51,624 nucleotides of DNA from contig JAGWHH010000001.1 of the NCBI GenBank assembly GCA_028866935.1, positions 1 to 51,624 of the forward strand. The letters run 5' to 3'. Of the stretch, positions 26,683 through 34,872 are shown in pieces. Each line of letters opens with the position of its first letter. Position 1 is the first letter of the stretch. A program made the position numbers and the translations under genes. Below the pieces are notes generated by a model, which worked only from the letters and a program-made list of their open reading frames with translations, made no database searches and was not told where the DNA came from. This stretch comes from Candidatus Micrarchaeota archaeon (GTDB taxonomy: Archaea > Micrarchaeota > Micrarchaeia > Micrarchaeales > CABMGC01).

Positions 26683-29600
26683 ATGAAAACCATAAACGCA
26701 AAGAGAATAGCTGCCGTGGCAGCAAGTTTGTTAATGGGCCTTGCATTTGCAGGCACAGGAGGAGTAACATGGAGCAACATACCGATAATCAACAACCAGG
26801 GACAGCCTGTTGTACAGATCGTGGTAGGATCCACCGCTCAACCGAGCGATGGAGTAGTCGCTGCTAACATTGCAGCTGTACTAGGAAACCTAGCATTCAC
26901 ATCTGTAAACGTGACTGCAACCCCAGGTGGACTGTCAAACGTGCACTGCGTCGTAACAACGCCAACATGCACACTGACAAACCAGCAGGTATGGTTTAAT
27001 GAGCACGGATTTTCTGCGCCAAGCGGATCATACTCATTCACAGCCTTGATAGGATCTGTATTTAATGCAGGACTAACACTTGGTTCGCCATCAAACACAA
27101 AGTCATTGGCGACATCAAGCAGCTATGGTTATCCAGTGACATCAACAGTCGCACTGGCACTCTCACCACAGACATCACCATACTCAGGTGGTCCAACACC
27201 TCCATACTCACAGACAGTAACTGCTTCAACTAACGGAGGAGGCATGTCCTCATCTGGATTTGGAGGAACAGGATTCAGAAGCGGACAGATAGACAGCATG
27301 CTTGAAGTAACCAATTCGCAGCTTCCAGCATTGCTAAACAACTGGGGCTCATATGGAGAGTCTTCACAGCTGTGGATTACAGGAGAACCTGTATTTGACC
27401 AGGCAAGCGGTGTAAACAACTTCGCAGTATTTGACGCAGGTGGTGCATACCAGGTACTGTTCAATAAGCCAATACCATACAGAACTGCTGGAAACGCGAT
27501 AAACAATGCAAACATCCAGTTCCTTGGTAAGAACTGGACTGTATTGAACTATCAGCTTCCAGGAACAAGCAAGTGGAACAGCGCAGTAAGCGCAACAGCC
27601 TCAGCTTCTTCATCAAATGCAGTACTGGGAGGAGCACTATCACTTGCAGCGTCATTGACACCAGTGCAGACAATATATGTAGGCCACAATGTATCAAGCG
27701 GCGGATTCACAGTATCCCTAACCGACTTGGGTCAGCCTAACTCTGGAGGTACCTCGCAGGCATCTATAAACCTATACTATAATGGCACATTAACAAACAC
27801 GACACAGATCAGCCCAGGAAACACAACAAAGTTCCAGGTAGGGAGCCACACAGTATACGTAAAGGTAAACCAGACCTTTGCAGGTTTGTACGCATACCAG
27901 AAGTGGGCAAAGATGCAGCTGTACTCAAACGTGTTCAACATAACAGACAACGCAGCACTTAACACGACAAATGCAAACGGATGGACAGCAAGATTGTGGT
28001 GGACAAACTCCACAGGAAGTGCTGGAATCGACAACGAGCTTTCCTCGATAGTCATATACAACACAACTCCATCAAGCAACCCACTGCTTCCAGGGCAGAG
28101 CTTCACATTTGTAACGCCTAATATGACAAATTGGAAGGTAAGCTTTGTAGGATCGACACTTGGCAACAACTTTGATCCGGCAACATTTGCATTGTCTACA
28201 ACAACGACTGGATATGCAAACAATGGGGCAATAAACGGTGTACACACTCCACTTGCAAACTTGACACAGCAGCCAACTCCAGAGCTTGTAGTATCAAGCC
28301 AAATACCAAACGCATTCTCATATGCGGGTCAGGTAGGCGGACAGTTGGTATACAACCTTGAGCCATACCAGGTGCAGCAGGTTGCAAACGGAGTTGCTTC
28401 AAATGGCATGACAAGTGGCGGCTCAGGAGTAAACAAAGCGGTAGTTACATTGACATCAACCAATGGGGATGCAAATGTAGTAACAGCAACTAACCCTCTG
28501 ACAGTAACCGTAACCGGTTACACAACGTCAACGTTCGCAGGAGGCTCGTCAAACACGCTTTCAACGAACTCAGTGACGTTCTATGGATTGCCATCTGGAA
28601 CCAATTCAATAGGCCTGGGAGAAAACCTGTACAACGTGACGAACATTTACTTAAGCAGAGTAGTACCTCTGGTAAATGCAAACGTAGTGAACTATGGTAC
28701 AGGTATTGCAGGTGCTGCAAATGCAATAGGCAATACTATGGCAGTTCTCAGCGTACAGAGCCCACAGCTCATGTACATACAGACGTCTGGCCAATCGAAC
28801 TACCACCTGACATCAGGTTCAACAGTGAGCTACAACCAGCAGAACGGTCAACCAACAGAGACGTTCTCGTTGAGCCCAGTAACCCCAAGCAGCATATTCG
28901 GTTCACACCAGTACTTCACATACGCGTTAACCGAAAATGCAGTCCCTGGATCAACATCTACCAGCGACATGCTTGAGATCGGAGTGTTCAACAACACAGC
29001 AGGAATTGGCACATCGCCATACTTCCAGCTCAACACATCTCTGAGCAACAACAGAAACAACCTGACATACGTCTCTTCACAGAGCAACCAGGTCAATGCT
29101 CCAGTAGGATTCTACACAGAGCGTGGAACAAAGGTGGCATCAATATCGCCATCAAGCGTTACACTGGACTTGGCAAAGGCAGTTGACACACTGCAGTTCG
29201 TGGTCGGACCAACTTCAGGAACGAGCTCAAACGCCACAAGCCTGACAACACAGGTAGGCCCAGTTGGAGTAGGACAGGCAGTACCAGGATTTGCAAACTT
29301 GACAGTGAGCAAGGTGAATGCAACATGTGCATTCAGCTCAACAAGCTGCAGCGTATCTGGATTGTCAAACCTAACCGCAACGCCATCAGTGACATCAGCT
29401 ATAACTCCAGTAGCAGGAGGCCTTAACACAGCGACAACGCCACTCGCAGTGCTTGACAGCAATGCGAACAGCGCATCAACGCTGATAGTTGTAGGAAGCA
29501 AGTACGTGAACTCAGTGGCTGCACAGATCTTCGCACAAAACTCTGCATTGAATGCAAGCTTTGGCCCAGGATCAGCACCAGTGGTTTCAGCAGAAGGAAC

Positions 29601-29697
29601 AAACAGGATCCTCGTAGCAGGATACTCTGCAAACCAGACAGTGCAGGCAGGAAACCAGTTCATAAATGACTTGCTGCAGGCTGCAGGAAGCGTATAA
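26683..29697 (+). CDS. S-layer / major surface glycoprotein
   Basis: 1004-aa ORF with signal peptide MKTINAKRIAAVAASLLMGLAFAG. Composition is extremely Thr/Ser/Asn/Gly/Val-rich and acidic-poor, with dozens of N-x-S/T sequons. Strong promoter and terminator signals flank it. Confidence 0.75.
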   Translation: MKTINAKRIAAVAASLLMGLAFAGTGGVTWSNIPIINNQGQPVVQIVVGSTAQPSDGVVAANIAAVLGNLAFTSVNVTATPGGLSNVHCVVTTPTCTLTNQQVWFNEHGFSAPSGSYSFTALIGSVFNAGLTLGSPSNTKSLATSSSYGYPVTSTVALALSPQTSPYSGGPTPPYSQTVTASTNGGGMSSSGFGGTGFRSGQIDSMLEVTNSQLPALLNNWGSYGESSQLWITGEPVFDQASGVNNFAVFDAGGAYQVLFNKPIPYRTAGNAINNANIQFLGKNWTVLNYQLPGTSKWNSAVSATASASSSNAVLGGALSLAASLTPVQTIYVGHNVSSGGFTVSLTDLGQPNSGGTSQASINLYYNGTLTNTTQISPGNTTKFQVGSHTVYVKVNQTFAGLYAYQKWAKMQLYSNVFNITDNAALNTTNANGWTARLWWTNSTGSAGIDNELSSIVIYNTTPSSNPLLPGQSFTFVTPNMTNWKVSFVGSTLGNNFDPATFALSTTTTGYANNGAINGVHTPLANLTQQPTPELVVSSQIPNAFSYAGQVGGQLVYNLEPYQVQQVANGVASNGMTSGGSGVNKAVVTLTSTNGDANVVTATNPLTVTVTGYTTSTFAGGSSNTLSTNSVTFYGLPSGTNSIGLGENLYNVTNIYLSRVVPLVNANVVNYGTGIAGAANAIGNTMAVLSVQSPQLMYIQTSGQSNYHLTSGSTVSYNQQNGQPTETFSLSPVTPSSIFGSHQYFTYALTENAVPGSTSTSDMLEIGVFNNTAGIGTSPYFQLNTSLSNNRNNLTYVSSQSNQVNAPVGFYTERGTKVASISPSSVTLDLAKAVDTLQFVVGPTSGTSSNATSLTTQVGPVGVGQAVPGFANLTVSKVNATCAFSSTSCSVSGLSNLTATPSVTSAITPVAGGLNTATTPLAVLDSNANSASTLIVVGSKYVNSVAAQIFAQNSALNASFGPGSAPVVSAEGTNRILVAGYSANQTVQAGNQFINDLLQAAGSV

Positions 29698-29720
29698 CTG
29701 AACTAGTCGGCTTGGATTGT

Positions 29721-29773
29721 GTGAAGCCTTTTTGGCTTCACCTTCTTTCTTTTTCTTTTCCTTTTTCATTTTA
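29721..29773 (+). terminator. Stem-loop plus pyrimidine/T-rich tract downstream of the S-layer gene
   Basis: A perfect 8-bp stem gtgaagcc/ggcttcac with loop ttttt spans 29721..29741. It is followed by cttctttctttttcttttcctttttcatttt. Confidence 0.55.
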
Positions 29774-29854
29774 ATAAACTTTTAAGAAAAGTTTAATCAA
29801 AATCCAATCTTTTATCAAAAGCTTAACCAAAATTAGGGAAAAGTTTACAAAACT

Positions 29855-30480
29855 CTTGGCCTTTAGCCGGGCTCTGGCTTCGCGATAAAAAGGCAGCTAC
29901 TATCATGGAGAGGCGCTAAAGAGATAGATTCGCGCTTCAAGAGGCGTAAGGTCCTTACGTCAATGAGAGGACATAGCGTCCCTGATTTCACCTATAGTCC
30001 ATCATTCCAGCAGAGTCCTATGGATAGACAGCCGAGAGAGGGCAATAATGAACCTGGATTATGCCCAGAAATGCACTTCTATTGCCCATGAACCCTAAAG
30101 GGCGAACCTGCTCAATCCTGCTGCAGCAGTAATGGAGTTGGTTATAGCAGACAACGGTATTCGATCTGATCAAGGTCAAGGACCACGTAAAGGAATCAAT
30201 TTCCGCACATGAAAACACCGCCACTGCAACCAGCTACATACGTCGTGCACGTAGCCGCTATATGAACATGGATGACTGGGATAGATGCTCCCTAATGCCC
30301 TTAAACAGCCCCGAGGCCCAGCTTGCCTGTCATACCCCAATATCTCGAACTTCTTTGCCTTCACCGCCCCCCTGACCAAGGATCCTATTAAAGCATTCCT
30401 TACAGAGTCGTTGTCAAGCGAGTCGCAAAAGAGCCGCCCAATGGTAGTAGGGGATAACGCGCCACAGTAAGTAAAATCTC
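29855..30480 (-). ncRNA. Candidate structured RNA with weak RNase P RNA-like motifs. Identity unresolved.
   Basis: No credible ORF in any frame over about 700 bp. Many nested inverted repeats. Minus-strand CAGGCAAGCTGGGCCTC (30311..30329) resembles CR-I GAGGAAAGTCCGGGCTC. CCAGAGCCCGGCTAAAG (29861..29877) resembles CR-V ACAGAAnCCGGCTTA. The two can pair like P4, using a G-U that exists only in the minus sense. Confidence 0.2.
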
Positions 30481-30508
30481 AAACCGGTTCAGAAGCAAAT
30501 ATGTATAT

Positions 30509-31129
30509 TTAAGATACTAATCCGTCTCTAAGCAGCTGTCTGAACGCCTTTCTTGGTATATTTACGGTATTATACCCATGCTCAGCGCTTTCGGCGGTTG
30601 GATATAAATACACCCGCACCCTTCTGGATATGTCCAAGTGCTCGATTAATTCTATGGGACATGCATCTGTTTTTAACTGTTCAGTTAAACTTGCAGGTCT
30701 TCCAACACCTTTTTCTGTTAATTGTTTTAAAATATCAGGATCAGAAAACCTAAACTCAGTAGTTACCAATGCTCTGCCAAGCAATTCGTCGAAAAATATG
30801 ACCCCAATATGTAATGTACCCTTAGCAAGGATCGACTCTTGATACCTGGTCACAGAAAAAGCCCGCGCACCTCCTTCTGGTTTAACTTGATCTGGAGCAA
30901 GGCTTTCCAATATTTTTTGTAATTTCTGCGGGTTAAAAGTTGGATGCTCAGTAGCTACATGAAAGTCAACTTCCTCTGCCCACATCCTTCTGCCTAGATC
31001 AAAATAGGGTTGCGTATCAATTCTCTTCGACACTATCTCAATATCCGGACGTCTTTCTAGATGAAACTCTACCAAATCAAGTTTAGTTTTCCTTGTTGCT
31101 TGCGCTCCAACCATTTTATCATCAATCAA
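30509..31129 (-). CDS. Hypothetical protein
   Basis: 206-aa ORF with a TTG start as tracked and an in-frame ATG 5 codons downstream. No family recognised. Confidence 0.4.
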   Translation of the reverse strand: MIDDKMVGAQATRKTKLDLVEFHLERRPDIEIVSKRIDTQPYFDLGRRMWAEEVDFHVATEHPTFNPQKLQKILESLAPDQVKPEGGARAFSVTRYQESILAKGTLHIGVIFFDELLGRALVTTEFRFSDPDILKQLTEKGVGRPASLTEQLKTDACPIELIEHLDISRRVRVYLYPTAESAEHGYNTVNIPRKAFRQLLRDGLVS

Positions 31130-31275
31130 ATGTTATTTTTCTGATATAAAAAGCAATCGCTCCTTTAAAAAGCTACGGATCAACACCAACTCGTTTTACG
31201 TCGTGCAAAGCCCCTAATCGTTTGCAAATATTTATAAGCTTCTACATTCAAAGTTAAAATCAAAATGGGTCTGAA

Positions 31276-33399
31276 ATGCATAGATTATTCTACGCCTTCG
31301 TAGCTTTATCCATCCTCAACGCAGTAATCTATGCTCAGTCCTACAACCAGTCATTGAATCTTCTTGCCCAAAGCTATTCTGCTCCGTCTGTAAACACGCT
31401 ACTGCAAGGATACAACATATCCAATACCATAATAGCGTCTCTGATATACACTAAGGTAAACTTCAGTGGCAACACCTATCTTCTTGCATCTCTTAGCGGC
31501 AGGCCATCATTGCTGATAAATACAACAGGAAGCGTCTATTCACTCGTACTTAATACCGGGCAGGTAAGCAGCATAATAGGCCCTGGCATAATCCAGTCAA
31601 GCCTCAAGCAGATAAACACCACATATCTTACGGTAGCGATGCAGAAGTACAACGCGTCATCTTCAGGACCGCTCAACCGATGCCTTGAATCTACCGGATT
31701 GTCGACGGGTGCAACCTGCACGTACGCAAACAACTGCCAGGCATGCACTCAGATACCTGCGTGCGGAGGAGTAACTAGGGCAAACTTCCAGAGCGCATTC
31801 TACGCTACTGGAGGTATATACGGGCCACTTGCGGCAGGAATAATGCAGTTAGAGGCCGAATATGCAAACCTGACCAAGAACTTTTCAAGGTACTACTCAA
31901 GCGTGCGCACACTTAATGCAAGCAATGCGCAGACTAATGTTGGATTAATCGAGGCGTCATTCAGCAATATATCGACGATAACAAGCAACATTTACCAGAA
32001 CCCGATATTCCCTCCTCCACAAACTGCAGACTACAATCAATGCAGCGGAGTTGGCGCAGGTACAGGCAATGTCCCTACATCTGGGCCATGGTACTGCTCT
32101 TCATTGGGCTTCTGCGAATTTCTTACATACAACTACACGCTACTGGGCAACATCCAGTCATATCTTGGCAGCATTGAGGCGCTCCCCCTGTCACAGTCGC
32201 AGGTAAGCCAGACTGCAACAAACATCACCGAATTCGAGTCAACTTATGCGGCACCAATCCTTAACCAAAAGGAGCACGAACAGGCGTTGGGAATTGCAAA
32301 TACTGTCCTTCCCGGCTACAATTCCTTTGTATCGGGATCACAGGCTCTTCTTACCCACATATCAAACACGCTGTTGCAAAGCTCTCTTTCAAGGCTACAG
32401 GCGAACTACACGCTTCTGACAACTAACTACGCTTCAGCAAACCTCATCGCATTAAACAGCACGCTGATAAAGCAGTTTGCTGCTCTAAAGTCTATATACT
32501 CTAGCCTTAACACGACCTATTCATCAACGGTATTCCTTGCTCAGAACAACACTGTAAGGCTCATAGATCTGCAGGCCGGAAACTACAATCCATCGCCGCA
32601 GCTCACTGCCCTAAGCTTCAGGGAGCAGATCCTCAACACTCAGGTTAACGGAAAGGTCAGCAATCTCTCTGCAATGAATGCGCAGCTCATGTCGGTGAAT
32701 CGGCAAAGCAGCACAATATCCAACAATCCAAGCATAAGCCAATTAGCTGTAAGGGCGATATCCGCACCTATTGCATCTGCAATATTTGCTTCAATGGCAA
32801 CGCCTTATTCAACCGCAGTACGCAATGCCCCACTGCTATCGATAATACCTTCAGTAATACTGGGAATACTTATCCTTGCACTGCTCCTGCGCTTCCAGCA
32901 TGGCCTGAAGAAGAGGCAGCGCCTTAGCCTTAACAAGCGCACGGAGAATAACTGGAAGATACTCTTCGTAGTGGTAATAGTGTTGGTCATTCTATTCATA
33001 GGAGGCACATATGTCGCGGCATCTGATGCAAACGCACAGGCGCCACTTGCAACATTTACAAACGCGATACAGAATGCGAATTCGGTAATAATTGCAATCA
33101 ATGGCACTTCGAGCAATTCCACAGTCTCCTGCGCAGCAAGCATAAAGTCCACCCTTCTCTCAATGCACAAGCAAGTCCAGACAATAACCATAAGCGCAAT
33201 ATCATGCAATAACGGGCAGCCCCTTGAGACTACGGACAAGTGCCTTTCATACTATGCAAACAACCGCATACCCGTCATAATACTTAGTAGCGGCACTGCG
33301 GATTCAATAACTGCGTATTCGTACTACGGGAGCATTCTCAGCGTCACCGGGGATGCGCAGTTCATGAATACCTGCGTAGCCTCAAGCATTATTAGATAA
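31276..33399 (+). CDS. Large secreted, membrane-anchored glycoprotein: signal peptide, Cys cluster, long helical Asn/Ser/Thr-rich region, TM hairpin and a small C-terminal 4-Cys ectodomain
   Basis: Signal peptide is MHRLFYAFVALSILNAVIYAQS. Cys clusters are RCLESTGLSTGATCTYANNCQACTQIPACGG and CSGVG...WYCSSLGFCEF. Two TM helices (LLSIIPSVILGILILALLLRF, ILFVVVIVLVILFIGGTYVAA) are followed by a C-terminal domain. Many N-x-S/T sequons. Confidence 0.6.
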   Translation: MHRLFYAFVALSILNAVIYAQSYNQSLNLLAQSYSAPSVNTLLQGYNISNTIIASLIYTKVNFSGNTYLLASLSGRPSLLINTTGSVYSLVLNTGQVSSIIGPGIIQSSLKQINTTYLTVAMQKYNASSSGPLNRCLESTGLSTGATCTYANNCQACTQIPACGGVTRANFQSAFYATGGIYGPLAAGIMQLEAEYANLTKNFSRYYSSVRTLNASNAQTNVGLIEASFSNISTITSNIYQNPIFPPPQTADYNQCSGVGAGTGNVPTSGPWYCSSLGFCEFLTYNYTLLGNIQSYLGSIEALPLSQSQVSQTATNITEFESTYAAPILNQKEHEQALGIANTVLPGYNSFVSGSQALLTHISNTLLQSSLSRLQANYTLLTTNYASANLIALNSTLIKQFAALKSIYSSLNTTYSSTVFLAQNNTVRLIDLQAGNYNPSPQLTALSFREQILNTQVNGKVSNLSAMNAQLMSVNRQSSTISNNPSISQLAVRAISAPIASAIFASMATPYSTAVRNAPLLSIIPSVILGILILALLLRFQHGLKKRQRLSLNKRTENNWKILFVVVIVLVILFIGGTYVAASDANAQAPLATFTNAIQNANSVIIAINGTSSNSTVSCAASIKSTLLSMHKQVQTITISAISCNNGQPLETTDKCLSYYANNRIPVIILSSGTADSITAYSYYGSILSVTGDAQFMNTCVASSIIR

Positions 33400-33400
33400 G

Positions 33401-34000
33401 GTGGGCAACTTGGCTGACAAGGAGAAGCAGAAAGAGAAAGACGGTAAAAAGGCTAAAGGCAGCCCCTCCAAGTCAGAGAAAAGCGGCAGCAGCAAGGCGC
33501 AGGGCAAAAACCAGGGACACAGGCTCATACTTGCAGCGATAATCCTAATGGTAATAATCGCAGTGCTTGTTGTAGTGCTGTCGCCTTCTTCAGGGTTTGC
33601 GCCTACGGTTCCGTTCTCTACCTTCAGGTCAAGCCTGCAGACGGCAAACAGGATAAGCGTTACTGTAACCTACTCAAACCAGAGCCAGTATGCAAACGAG
33701 AGCCTATGCTTCACGTCAATGCTAGAAGTAATATCCCATAACCGAAAGCCATCAACAATAGACTTCTACATAATCGACAACAAGACGGCAACATGCACCT
33801 ATTCTACTACCGGTTTTGGCGGTTCGGTTAATCCCGTTACTACAAATTCAACATACTGCCTGGGCAAGGCGTACGCAGAGGACGGGCTATTCCTGAATTA
33901 CAGCAACTTCAATTCAACAAGGATATATTCTAACCGCATGTACGTTTATGGAAATAACGCCTATATGGCGCAATGCCCAATTGCTGTAGAACTAAGCTGA
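33401..34000 (+). CDS. Membrane-anchored protein whose ectodomain is paralogous to the C-terminal domain of the preceding gene
   Basis: GTG start 1 nt after the upstream stop. A Lys-rich cytoplasmic tail is followed by TM helix LILAAIILMVIIAVLVVVL and an ectodomain. PFSTFRSSLQTANRISVTV...GNNAYMAQC parallels PLATFTNAIQNANSVIIAI...GDAQFMNTC in the 707-aa protein. Confidence 0.55.
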   Translation: MGNLADKEKQKEKDGKKAKGSPSKSEKSGSSKAQGKNQGHRLILAAIILMVIIAVLVVVLSPSSGFAPTVPFSTFRSSLQTANRISVTVTYSNQSQYANESLCFTSMLEVISHNRKPSTIDFYIIDNKTATCTYSTTGFGGSVNPVTTNSTYCLGKAYAEDGLFLNYSNFNSTRIYSNRMYVYGNNAYMAQCPIAVELS

Positions 34001-34447
34001 TGTGCCTACCGGAAGCGGGGTGTCCTGGCTTATTATCGGTATTGTTATCTCCTTTGGAAGTATTGAGTCAAGAACCCTGTTTATCTCAAAGGCCTTCTTC
34101 ATTGTGACGTTGTAGTTCTTTCCGCCCTTGTTAAACTCGTTTAGCTTTATGAAGTACCAGCCTTTGTTGCTTATCCTCCACGCAACAAACGTCCTCGAAG
34201 TGGTATTGCGTTCCCAATCAATCAGCTTCTGGAACTGCTCAGGCTCTATCGAGAGGCTGCCGCGGTCCCAGGCCTTGCATTCAATTGCAAAGCAGACCTC
34301 TCCTTTAAGGGCGAGTATGTCAGGGCCCAAAGCATTCACTCCGCTGCCTGCAGCACGCACAACAGAAAATCCAAGATCAGCAAATTTGTTAAGCAGTTCT
34401 CGCTCAGAGCGAGCACCCTTCATATACCTTCGCAAACCGATCACCAA
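33992..34447 (-). CDS. hjc: Holliday junction resolvase Hjc
   Basis: KGARSERELLNKFADLGFSVVRAAGSG...PDILALKG...FAIECKA matches the archaeal Hjc nuclease core (E...D...ExK). 151 aa. Confidence 0.8.
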   Translation of the reverse strand: MVIGLRRYMKGARSERELLNKFADLGFSVVRAAGSGVNALGPDILALKGEVCFAIECKAWDRGSLSIEPEQFQKLIDWERNTTSRTFVAWRISNKGWYFIKLNEFNKGGKNYNVTMKKAFEINRVLDSILPKEITIPIISQDTPLPVGTSA

Positions 34448-34872
34448 ACACTATTTGAAACTTCTACTCTTAATAAGTTTTGCTAAACGCCAGGTCCATT
34501 TCGGTCTACAACTGTTTGAAAATGCAGTTAACGCACGCAAGATTGCATCCGCAGTAAGCAGACACGCACTGCAGGACAAAAAACCAAATACCTGCAACAA
34601 CGCTTTATGGCGTCGTTATACATTAAACTTATTAAACTTCTTATTCTAAGATATTATTAGAAACAGTTGACTAATGGGTGTGACTATGATAATTTATACT
34701 TATCCGACTACAAAAGCAAATAAAGGCCGCGAGTCGCAAAGCCGCACGCTACTTTAAGTCAGCTGTTCCTAAAAAGTGGTAAACATGCGCGCAGCAAAGG
34801 CATTACGAGTTGATTTGCCAATGATCTGGCTAGCCTCGCATTGTTTTGCATCATATTCAAACAGGTAATCTT

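Noticed and set aside
30413-30436. Shared 12-mer gcgagtcgcaaa between 30.4 kb and 34.73 kb
   Set aside because: A single 12-nt match is expected by chance many times in a 51-kb window on two strands, and there is no extended similarity around it.
30018-30470. Three ORFs of 61-68 codons inside the ORF-free region
   Set aside because: They are Cys/Arg/His-rich and overlap one another in different frames and strands, with no start context. The region is better treated as non-coding.
29855-30480. SRP (7S) RNA as the identity of the structured region
   Set aside because: I looked for the helix-8 signature (CAGG.CCGGAAGG.AGCAGC with a GNAR tetraloop). The nearest string, GGTCAGGGGGGCGGTGAAGGCAAAG, cannot close a tetraloop helix. 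No Alu-domain-like 5' motif was seen.
34448-34872. Replication origin in the 425-bp gap between hjc and dnaG
   Set aside because: The gap contains AT-rich tracts, but I found no repeated ORB-like elements or flanking inverted repeats. No orc1/cdc6 gene is adjacent. It is probably just two divergent promoters.
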